Of a stretch of DNA of 64,000 bases, positions 1-9,433 are shown one piece after another (position 1 is the first letter of the stretch; every line of letters begins with the position of its first letter). The notes beneath the pieces are model-generated. The model was given only the letters and a program-made list of their open reading frames with translations. It was not told where the DNA came from and searched no databases. The stretch is from NCBI GenBank assembly GCA_963842525.1, contig CAWJGT010000001.1, forward strand, positions 672,001 to 736,000, given 5' to 3'. Both the position numbers and the translations under genes were made by a program. This stretch comes from an uncultured Holophagales bacterium (lineage in GTDB: Bacteria; Acidobacteriota; Thermoanaerobaculia; Multivoradales; UBA5704).

Positions 1-656
1 CGACGCCACGCAGTGGTTCAAGCCGCTGCGCAAGAACCTCGGCAAGAAGAACTGCGAGCTGTCCGACGAGGACATCCAGCGCATCTGCGACACGTTCCTC
101 GCCTTCGAGGAGACCGAGCAGTCGAAGATCTTCCCCAACGCCGCCTTCGGCTACTGGAAGGTGACGGTCGAGCGCCCGCTGCGCCGCCGCGGGCATCGAC
201 CCGGACCGCGCCTACACGCCGAAGGAGATCAAGGCGCTCAAGGAGAGCTGCCGAGCGCGACGAGGCCGCGCCGCCGGTGATCCGGAAGATCCACAAGAAG
301 GGCGCCGAGGCCGATCCGCTGCGCGGCCTGTTCGCGGTCACGATCGACGGCAAGCCGGCCGTCGTCGAGTACGAGCCGGACCCCGACCTGCGCGACACCG
401 AGCAGGTGCCGCTGCTCGAGGAGGGCGGCATCGAGGCCTTCCTCCGCCGCGAGGTGCTGCCGCACGCGCCCGACGCCTGGTATCGACCCGGACGAGCGTC
501 AAGACCGGCTACGAGATCAGCTTCACCCGCTACTTCTACAAGCCGCAGCCGCTGCGCACGCTGGAGGAGATCCGCGCCGACATCCTGGCGCTGGAGAAGG
601 AGACCGAGGGGCTGCTGGCGGAGATCGTCGGGAGTGGGGGACGGGCGGCCGTATGA
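1..656 (+). CDS. hsdM: Type I restriction-modification methyltransferase subunit, C-terminal part (runs off window edge; apparent indels near 190-250 and 485-495)
   Basis: Frames read FKPLRKNLGKKNCEL...FPNAAFGYWKVTVERPLR, YEPDPDLRDTEQVPLLEEGGIEAFLRREVLP and KTGYEISFTRYFYKPQPLRTLEEIRADILALEKETEGLL, the typical HsdM C-terminus. The TGA stop overlaps the next ATG (ATGA 653-656). Confidence 0.85.
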
Positions 657-1068
657 CCGAACTACGCCCATGGGCAGGCTTCGACAGCCTTGTGGACGGG
701 CTTGTGCAGTTGCAGGTGCAGGCGGGGGCCGCGGCGGCCCGCTCGATCGACGAGATCCTTACGCTGCGCAACTGGTTCATCGGGGCGTGGATCGTCGCCT
801 ACGAGCAGGAAGGCACCGACAGGGCCCGCTATGGCGAGGGGCTCATTGATGCCTTGGCTGCGGCATTCAAGGCCCGTGGCATTGAAGGGCTCTCGGGGAG
901 GAACCTCCGGAATTACCGTCAAATCGCCTTGGTCTGGCCGCGGCTGGCGACTCGCCAGATGCCATCGGGCGAGCTTGGCGCACCCGGCCAGATTTGGCAG
1001 ACGTTGTCTGCCGAATCCATGCCCGCCTTACCCACCGGTGGCGAGCTTTTGCCGTGGCAGGACGACGC
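653..1068 (+). pseudogene. DUF1016/YhcG-family protein, N-terminal domain only (nuclease half missing)
   Basis: TLRNWFIGAWIVAYEQEGTDRARYGEGLIDALA...GLSGRNLRNYRQ is the DUF1016 N-terminal motif. The sequence switches abruptly to HsdR at ~1068. Confidence 0.75.
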
Positions 1069-3477
1069 CTGCATTTCGCCGTGGACGAGCACGAGGTGCG
1101 GTTCTGCACTCATCTCAAGGGGAAGGAGTCATGGTTCCTCCCCTTCAACCAGGGTTGGAACGACGGCGCAGGCAATCCGCCGAACCCTTACGGATTGAAA
1201 ACCGATTATCTCTGGAAGCGCATCCTCACCCTCGAGGGCCTCACCGACATTCTCGAGAACTACGCCCAGATCGTCGAGACCAAGGACGAGAAAACCGGCA
1301 GGAAAAAGGCGGTGCAGATCTGGCCGCGCTACCATCAGCTCGACGTGGTACGCCAGCTCCTGGCCGATGTCGCGTGGAACGGTGCGGGCAAGCGCTACCT
1401 GATCCAGCACTCGGCAGGGAGCGGCAAATCCAACTCCATTGCCTGGCTCGCCCACCAGCTCATCGGTTTGCGCAAGGACGATGCGGAGGTCTTCGATTCT
1501 ATCCTGGTCGTCACCGATCGGCGCATCCTCGACCAGCAGATTCGGGACACGATCAAGCAGTTCGCCCAAGTGAGCGCTACGGTGGGCCATGCGGAACACT
1601 CGGGAGACCTGCGCCGGCTCATCCAGAGCGGCAAGAAGATCATCATCACCACGGTGCAGAAGTTTCCCTTCGTTCTCGAGGAGATCAGCAAGGAGCGCGA
1701 GCACCGCGGGCGACATTTTGCGATCGTCATTGACGAGGCCCATTCGAGCCAGGGGGGCCGGGCTTCGGCGGCGGTCAGCATGGCGCTCTCGCAAGCCGGC
1801 GCCGAAGAGGACGACGAGACGGCCGAGGACACGATCAACCGGATCATGGAGTCGCGCAAGCTCCTGCCGAACGCGAGCTACTTCGCCTTCACCGCGACGC
1901 CCAAGCCAAAGACGCTCGAGATCTTCGGTGAGCCCTATGAGGCCGAGGGAAAGATCAAGCACAAGCCCTTCCACCCCTACTCAATGAAACAGGCGATCCA
2001 GGAGGGCTTCATTCTCGACGTGCTGCAAAGCTATACGCCGATCGAGAGCTACTACAAGCTGGTCAAGAAGATCGAGGGGGATCCCGAGTTCGACACCAAG
2101 CGGGCGAAGAAAAAACTGCGCCGCTACGTCGAGGGGCACGACCATGCGATCCGGCTCAAGGCCGAGATCATGGTCGACCACTTCCACGAGCAGGTGCTTG
2201 CCCTCAACAGGATCGGCGGCCAGGCGCGGGCAATGGTGGTTACCAGCGGCATCGAGCGGGCCATCCAATACTTCCTCGCCATCCGCGGCTACCTGGTCGA
2301 GCGGAAGAGCCAGCACCGGGCGATTGTCGCCTTTTCCGGCGAGTATGGAGACGAGAAGCTCACCGAGGCCAGCCTCAACGGTTTTCCCAGTAGAGCGATC
2401 CCGGATCGTTTTCGCGAGGACCCGTACCGCTTTCTCGTCTGCGCCGACAAGTTCCAGACCGGCTACGACGAGCCGCTGTTGCACACTATGTATGTGGACA
2501 AGCCCCTGGCCGGGATCAAGGCGGTCCAGACCCTGTCACGGCTGAACCGGGCACATCCCAAGAAGCACGACGTCTTCGTGCTCGATTTCATGAACGATGT
2601 CGACACCATCCAGATGGCGTTCGCCGACTACTATCGGACGACGGTCCTCAGCGAGGAGACCGACCCCGACAAGCTGCACGACCTCCAGGCCGCGCTCGAC
2701 GGCGAACAGGTCTATGCGCAGGACGAGATCGACACCTTGGTCGAGCTCTACCTGGGCGGCGCTGGCCGCGAGCTGCTCGACCCCATCCTGGATTCCTGTG
2801 TCGCCGTCTACCGGGAGCGGCTCGACGAGGACGGGCAGGTCCGATTCAAGGGCGACGCCAAGGCTTTCCTGCGCACCTACGGTTTTCTCGCCTCGATCCT
2901 GCCGTACACCAACGCCGGTTGGGAGAAGCTGTCGATTTTCCTGAGCTTCCTCGTGCCCAAGCTGCCAGCGCCCAAGGAGGACGACCTTTCCAAGGGCATC
3001 CTCGAAGCGATCGACATGGACAGCTACCGGGTCGAAAAGCAGGCCGCGATGCGGATCCAGCTACCGGACACGGACGCCGAGATCGCGCTGGCGCCGACGA
3101 CCGGCGGCGGCCGTAAGCCGGAGCCCGAGCTCGATCGCCTGTCAAACATCCTCAGGGTCTTCAACGATCAGTTCGGCAATATCCCGTGGACCGATGCCGA
3201 CCGCGTGCAGCGTCTGATCACCGAAGACATCCCGGCGCGAGTCGCGGCCGATGCGGCGTATCAGAATGCGAAGCAGAACTCGGACCCGCAGAACGCCCGC
3301 ATCGAGCACGACAAGGCGCTTGCCCGCGTCATGACAGCCGTGCTCAAGGACGACACCGAGCTCTTCAAACAGTTCAGCGACAATGAGTCTTTCCGGCGGT
3401 GGCTGACCGACACAGTGTTCGGAATCACCTACGACCGCCCCGCGGAGGCGGGCCTGGAGCCTCCGCCTGCTCGATAG
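1069..3477 (+). pseudogene. hsdR: Type I restriction endonuclease subunit R, N-terminally truncated
   Basis: HFAVD...FLPFNQG, Walker A HSAGSGKS, IDEAHSSQ, FAFTATPK, ADKFQTGYDEP and QTLSRLNR are present. The N-terminal nuclease domain and a credible start codon are absent. Confidence 0.85.
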
Positions 3478-3504
3478 CGTTTCTGGCTATGCGCCGGCAC
3501 CAAT

Positions 3505-4172
3505 CTATGCACCCACAACCTCCGCAGCCCGCGGCCGTGGGCGGTACGCGGGCTCGGGGATCTCGGCCAGGCGTGAAGAGTGCACCTGCGGGCCCAAGGC
3601 GTAAAACTGACAGAAGCTCATGACGAGCGGACGCCACGCATCCGGATCGATGCGGTTCTCGTGTCCTGCGAGCAGCAGATGTTCTTCGATGTGGACGCGC
3701 ACAATGCGGACTTCGAGGGCGATCAGATTTCCCTTGCGCGCGGGATCGTTCTCCGCGATCGGATGAGCCTTTTCCAGCACGGCTTCGAGCTGCACCGGGC
3801 ATTCACGAATCCGCGGTGGTGCGACGATCTCTGACTCGTCGGACGTCAGCCCCGCCACGCCGAGCTTGTCCGGTTCGTACTGATATCCCATCGCCACCTT
3901 GTGGGGTGGCACCGGGTTCGATCCGGTGAGCCGGGCCAGCCGATCGACGGCTGCAACCTGATCGACCGACGGCAGGTTCAGCACGCACTCTCCCGTCCGC
4001 AGGATGTTCGCCGGCGTCTTCGATCGCGCTCCGAATCCCAGCAGGCAGCTCCACCCGAGCCACCACGCAGAAGACATCGGCGCCACGTTGGGTGATCCAT
4101 CCTCGTTGAGCGAGCTCACCAGCACCACCGGTGTGCCGAAGTAGAGGATCGCCGGTTCGATCCCCCCGGCAT
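3505..4172 (-). CDS. Flavin reductase-like (FMN-binding split barrel) protein
   Basis: EPAILYFGTPVVLVSSLNEDGSPNVAPMSSAWWLG...T..NILRTGECVLNLP...PPRIRECPVQLE. The likely ATG at 4172 is separated from the ORF by a homopolymer indel. Confidence 0.8.
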
Positions 4173-4173
4173 C

Positions 4174-4545
4174 TCAGGATGAATAGGGAGCGGCGGTCTC
4201 GTCCAGCGTGTCGAAGATCACCTCGCTTGGCGGGCCCAGGGGTTGGACGTTGGGGTCGACGCCGGTCAGGTTGCGGACCTGGTCCTTGAACCACAGATCG
4301 AAGGGCCGGATGGAATCGGCATATGCCTGGGCTTTGGCGCTGGGATCCTCGTCGATCTCGGTGACGCCGATCACCATGGGGCCGTGCGGCGTCTCCTGGT
4401 AGTGCCAACTTTCGCGGACGACGCCGAAGCTCTCGTAGAACTCCTTCGCCTCCTGGCGGCGTGGGCCGGCCATCTCGGCGGCGAGCTTGCGGATGTCCTC
4501 TTCCTTGCCTGGGAGCACGGGGTACACGCGGACGATGAGCGGCAT
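4174..4545 (-). CDS. Small hypothetical protein (possible dimeric alpha/beta-barrel fold)
   Basis: 123-aa ORF with AAGGAGG RBS and typical codon usage; co-oriented with the flavin reductase. Confidence 0.65.
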   Translation of the reverse strand: MPLIVRVYPVLPGKEEDIRKLAAEMAGPRRQEAKEFYESFGVVRESWHYQETPHGPMVIGVTEIDEDPSAKAQAYADSIRPFDLWFKDQVRNLTGVDPNVQPLGPPSEVIFDTLDETAAPYSS

Positions 4546-4588
4546 GAAGATCCCTCCTTCGTGATTGACAGGATTCTAGCAGCAGAAG

Positions 4589-5101
4589 TCACACAGGCGA
4601 CGGTCTGGGCGCTTGCGCGTAGAGCGCCTCGATGTGGCCCTTGCCCTCGCGGAGGAGGTGGATGCGGCCGGCGGCGGCGAAGCGGCGGAGGGCGGAGGAG
4701 ACGGTTCGCGAGCCGGCGAGGCCTTTGAGCCGGGTGCGGAAGCGCTGATTGACCTCGCGCGCCAGGCCGTTCGGACCAAAGGTCTCTTCCGGTGCCTTGC
4801 CCTCAATCAGGTACGCCACGAAATCGCTCACCGTGGTGAGCCTGCCGGTCGCCGCCTCTTCGTCGACTTTGGGAGGCTTGGCGGCCGCTCGCCGGCGCTC
4901 GACCAGCTCGTTCGCCGCCAGGGTGGCCTGCTCGAAGGCCGCCAGACGCTCCTGGGCGACCTGGAGAGATTCGGCGTGGAGAGCCCGTTGCTCGCGGTGG
5001 AAGACCTCCTGCTGAGCGTGCAACGTCTCCTGGGCGCGGTGGTGCTCGACCTCCGCTTTCAGCTCCGCGAGGAACTGGTCGACGGACAGCTTGGTGCTCA
5101 A
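4589..5101 (-). CDS. Hypothetical protein: coiled coil plus putative C-terminal winged helix-turn-helix
   Basis: TTG start at 5101 follows AAGGAGG. N-terminal heptad-rich helix; the C-terminus (GPNGLAREVNQRF...SRTVSSALRRFAAAGRIHLLREG) looks wHTH-like. Confidence 0.6.
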   Translation of the reverse strand: MSTKLSVDQFLAELKAEVEHHRAQETLHAQQEVFHREQRALHAESLQVAQERLAAFEQATLAANELVERRRAAAKPPKVDEEAATGRLTTVSDFVAYLIEGKAPEETFGPNGLAREVNQRFRTRLKGLAGSRTVSSALRRFAAAGRIHLLREGKGHIEALYAQAPRPSPV

Positions 5102-5328
5102 GGTGACCTCCTTGGCCGCTTCAGAGTCGCAAAGGCCCAGAGCCGTGTCGCAATCGGTTCTGCGGGTGGCGCACAGCGTCGAGCTCTCCGCCAAAGCTAG
5201 CGCAAAGCGGGACCTCTGTCCAGGCTCACATCAGTGATAAGCGTTCAGTGCGACGTTGCCCGCCTTCCTCAGGACGAGGAACGCGACAGATCGCTGTCGG
5301 TTCGGTTGCGAGAGGCGCAAAATCGACG

Positions 5329-5736
5329 CAGTGCGACGAGACGGATATCTATTGCGCCTTTTCGCGCGCACAGCACGACGCCGCATTCGCCTATTGCGCC
5401 TCAATGGAGGATTTTTGCGCCCGCTTGCGCTTATTTTGCGCTCGCTTACGTGCTCAGCGCGACTCTGGATCGGTTGACCGTCGCAAACACGTGAAGCTTC
5501 TCGACACATCGACCCTCCTTTGCGCCGAGAGTTCCGCATGGTGTCGCAAGGATCCCCTGGGGGCCTTTGGCACAGTCCGTACCCAGCCGGCGAAGTGGAT
5601 TCATCGTCGCAAAGTACGCGTTCAGTGCGACTCGATATCGATGCAGCGCGACTCTGAACGCATGCAGCGTCGCGATGAATCGATACAGCGCGACTCTTTG
5701 CGCGCTGAGGAGCATGAGAAGGCTCGTTTTTGCGCC
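5329..5736. repeat. Degenerate 21-bp-phased array (9-mer CAGYGCGAC / TWTTGCGCC)
   Basis: Motif copies start at 5329, 5350, 5371, 5392, 5413, 5434, 5455, 5518, 5623, 5644, 5665, 5686 and 5728; all offsets are multiples of 21. Confidence 0.75.
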
Positions 5737-5857
5737 GTGAAAAGCCGTTTGCGTCATGAAGGGGCCGTTGGGCCCAGAAGCCGAAGGATTTGAGGCGGGC
5801 ACGCATCCAAGAGCGGCAGGGCATCCCATCGCCTACCCCTCGGAAGGAGGGATCGAC

Positions 5858-7165
5858 ATGACCAGGTGGTTCTACGGGCTCTCTGCTGTGGCGCTCCTCG
5901 CCGGGATCGCCGTCTCCGCCGCCGGGCAGGAACAGCCCGTCACGTTCGAGTTCAGCTTTTCGAACCCCGGGGCCCGGAGCATGGGATTGGGCGGCGCCTT
6001 CGCGGCCCTGGCGGACGACGCCACGGCGGCGTTCGCCAATCCGGCGGGGCTCGTCCAACTGATCGAGCCGGAGCTCTCCGCCGAGGGGCGCTCCTCTTCG
6101 CGCCGAACTGAGTTCGTCCAGGGTGGGCGCGTGTCGGGCGAACCGAGCGGGCTCGGCATCGATACGGCCGGCGGATTGCGCCACGGAGTCGCCAAGACGG
6201 ACCAGACCGATGTCCCTTTCTCATCGCTCGTCTACCCGGTCAGGAGGTGGTCCTTCGCCCTCTATCGCCACACCTGGGCCGATTTCGACTTTGCGAGCCG
6301 GATCGATGGCCTTTTCGGTGTAGAGGAAGGAGAGGACTCGCGCGCCGGGGATATTCTCGCGCAGACTCGGGTCCAGGTCGTCAACAGCGGCCTGGCAGGT
6401 GCCTTCGAGATCACGGAGCGGTGGAGTGTCGGTCTCGGGATCGTGTACTACGAGGCGGAGATGAGCTCGTTCGCGGCGGAGTTCGCGCAGGATGAGGAAG
6501 CCCTTTACGAGCGCAGCACGTTTCCGGCCGAGCTTCTCGACACCACGTACTCGCACCAGGCGAAGGGCACGGACGTGAGCCTCCATGCGGGCTTCCTCTG
6601 GCGCGCTTCGCCGCAGTGGTCGGTGGGAGGCTACTTTCGTGAAGGGCCGCGCATGAAGCTCCGCGTGATCGAGACCGCGGGCCCGGCCGAAGGCGACGTG
6701 CCGGAGGGCACGATCGTGCTGGACGAGAGCAGCCCGCTCGATCTGCCGGACGTTTATGGTCTCGGAGTCGCTTTCCGTTCCAAGAATGGCGCCTGGGCCG
6801 TGGCCTCCGAGTGGTCGCGAATACATTATTCCTCGATCACGCGGGGCCTCGACGTCGACGTTTTGGATCCGCAGCAGATCCGGCTCCGTGACGGAGACGA
6901 GCTCCATCTGGGTCTGGAGTACGTTTTCGTCCGCTCGCAGCCGATTGTCGGCCTGCGGCTTGGTGCCTGGCGGGATCCCGCTCACCAGGTCATCGCCGGG
7001 CCGGACGCGGACATCTTCGAGAAAGCGGTCTTTCAGGCCGGCAAGGATGAGATCCACTTCACCGGCGGCATCGGCCTGGTCCTCGGGAAGTTCCAGGTCG
7101 ACCTGGGGATCGATCATTCGGATCTGGCCGACCTCTCCTCGCTGTCGCTCGTCTATCGGTTCTGA
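5858..7165 (+). CDS. Outer-membrane beta-barrel, FadL/OmpP1-like
   Basis: Signal peptide, NPGARSMGLGGAFAALADDATAAFANPAGL motif, amphipathic strands and a C-terminal aromatic residue (YRF). GGAGG RBS. Confidence 0.85.
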   Translation: MTRWFYGLSAVALLAGIAVSAAGQEQPVTFEFSFSNPGARSMGLGGAFAALADDATAAFANPAGLVQLIEPELSAEGRSSSRRTEFVQGGRVSGEPSGLGIDTAGGLRHGVAKTDQTDVPFSSLVYPVRRWSFALYRHTWADFDFASRIDGLFGVEEGEDSRAGDILAQTRVQVVNSGLAGAFEITERWSVGLGIVYYEAEMSSFAAEFAQDEEALYERSTFPAELLDTTYSHQAKGTDVSLHAGFLWRASPQWSVGGYFREGPRMKLRVIETAGPAEGDVPEGTIVLDESSPLDLPDVYGLGVAFRSKNGAWAVASEWSRIHYSSITRGLDVDVLDPQQIRLRDGDELHLGLEYVFVRSQPIVGLRLGAWRDPAHQVIAGPDADIFEKAVFQAGKDEIHFTGGIGLVLGKFQVDLGIDHSDLADLSSLSLVYRF

Positions 7166-7175
7166 GGTGTCGCCG

Positions 7176-9418
7176 GTGAAATCGCTGTGCCTTGCCTTGG
7201 CCCTGGCTCTGCTCCTCGCACCGCCGGCCCATGCACAGACCTGGTACGAGTCCTACCACAAGGCCGAGGAGGCGCTGGACGACAAGAAGTGGAGCGAGGC
7301 TGTTCATCACCTCAACGCCGCGTTGGAGCAGAAGCCGAGCTCGAGCGCGAACAGCCGCACCTATGGGATGCGGTTCATCCAGTACTTCCCGTATCTCAAG
7401 CTCGGCATCGCCTACTACCACCTCGGACAGGCCGACGCCGCTCTGCAAGCGTTCGAAACGGAGCAGCGGCAGGGGGCGATCGACCAGTCTGGAGACGGCC
7501 GCGCCCTGTTGCAGACCTACCGCGACCGGATCCAGAGAGAGCAGTCGGCGGAAGCGGCCACGCGGCAGCGCCGCGCGCAAGATGTCGTCGCCGAGAACCT
7601 GGCGCTGGCGCACAGGCTCGAGGAGCAGGGCCGGCTCGAAGATGCTCTCGCTGCTGTCACCAAGGCTCTTGCCGTGGCTCCGGACCATTCCGAGGCCCAG
7701 GATGCGCGGCGGCGGCTCCTGGCTGCGCTGGCTTCGTTGGCCGAAAAGCAGCGGCAGCAGGAGGAAGAGGAGCGGCTCACGAGGCTGCGCCGCCAGTCCC
7801 AGGAGCATCTCCGCGCTGAAGTCGGGGGCCGGCAGGACAAGCCGGAGCGGCAACGTTTCATCGCCCAGAGCCTCCGCCGCGCGACCGAGCTCGAACGCGC
7901 GGGGAGCTCGCGAAATCCCTGGCCGAGCTGCAGGCGGTCCTCGTCCTGGACCCGCGGAACGCGGAGGCCCGAACGATCCAGGAGCGGATCCTGCGTGCGC
8001 AGGCGGCGGCCGCGGAGTCCGGGGCGGTTCGCCAGCTCCTGACCGAAGCCGAGCGACTGTTGCAAGCGGGCGACTACGAGCAGGCCCTGCGAACCGCCAA
8101 CCGCGTGCTGGTGCTGGAACCGGCGAATGACGCGGTGCTCCGGTATATCACCCAGGCGTATGCACGGCTCAGCGATGACTTGCTCGCCTCCGACGACGCA
8201 CCCCCCGCCATCCTCCTCGACGACGGCCCGCCGGTGGTTCCCTCTCCCGAGCTCGTCCTCAGCGGGACGGTCTACGACGACGCACCGGTCAAGATCCAGT
8301 TCCTCGACAAGGACCGGCCGGTAGGCCGGGGAACCGTCCAGGCCCGAGAGCTCCACGGCATCTGGGTCACCAACTTCAGATGGCAGCACCGCGTCCCGGC
8401 CGGGGTCTCGACCCTCGACGTCGTCGCGGTCGACGAGGGAGGGAACCGGACGACGGTCCCGTACAGGGTCGAGTACGTCGTCCCGTTCGTCCGCTCGCTG
8501 TGGTTCCCGGCCTCGATCACCGCCGGCCTCGCCTCCGTGGGCCTCGGCCTCGTGGCCGTGAAGGCGCGGCGCCGGCGCAAGCGGCTGCGGGACCGGTTCA
8601 ACCCGTACATCGCCGGTGCGCCGATCCTGGAGCACGCGCGGTTCTTCGGCCGCCAGCAGTTGCTCGACTATGTGCTGCGGCGGATCTGCAACAACAGCGT
8701 CATGCTCTATGGAGAAAGACGGATCGGCAAGACCTCGTTCCAACACCAGCTCAAGAAGTGTCTTGCCACCCTCGAGGATCCCGACCACGTGCTCTATCCG
8801 GTCTACATCGACCTCCAGGGCACGCCGCAGGACAAATTCTTCGCGACGCTGGCGGCCGAGGTCTTCCATGAGCTCGCGCCGAAGCTGGAAGGCCTGCAGC
8901 CCTCCGCGGCCCCGGTCCAGGAATCCTACGGGTACCGCGACTTCGTCCGGGACGTCCAGCGGGTCCTGAAGGCTTTGAAAAGCCGCACGACCAAAAAGGT
9001 CAAGCTCGTGCTGCTCATCGACGAGGTCGACGAGCTGAATGATTACGACCCGCGGATCAACCAGAGGCTGCGCAGCCTGTTCATGCGGGAGTTTGCCGAC
9101 AACCTGGTTTCGGTCGTCTCCGGCGTGGGGATCAAAAAGGATTGGGACCGTGAAGGGAGCCCCTGGTACAACTTCTTCCAGGAAATCGAGGTCAAGCCCC
9201 TCGATCAGGAGGAGGCCAGATCGCTTATCGAGGCTCCGGTGCGGGGCGTCTTTGCGTTCGAAGAGGGCGTGGCGGACGAGATCATCCGGCGGACCGGCAG
9301 CAAGCCCTACCTGATTCAACGGCTCTGCTCCGGTCTGGTCGATCGGATGCACGAGGAGCGGCGCCGGAGGATCACTCTGGCCGACGTCGAATCCGCGTGC
9401 CGGATCGAGGGGCTCTAG
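7176..9418 (+). CDS. TPR + Ig-like + TM + STAND-like AAA ATPase protein (frameshift at ~7913 joins the 6756-8042 and 8060-9418 frames)
   Basis: Signal peptide VKSLCLALALALLLAPPAHA, TPR helices, beta-rich segment and TM (FPASITAGLASVGLGLVAV). Then NPYIAGAP..FFGR, Walker A GERRIGKTS and Walker B LLIDEVDE. Confidence 0.75.
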
Positions 9419-9433
9419 CGAGGATTCGAGACC

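Noticed and set aside
994-1068. ORF-track start for HsdR at 994
   Set aside because: These codons are an alternative frame of the DUF1016 gene; HsdR similarity only begins at ~1069.
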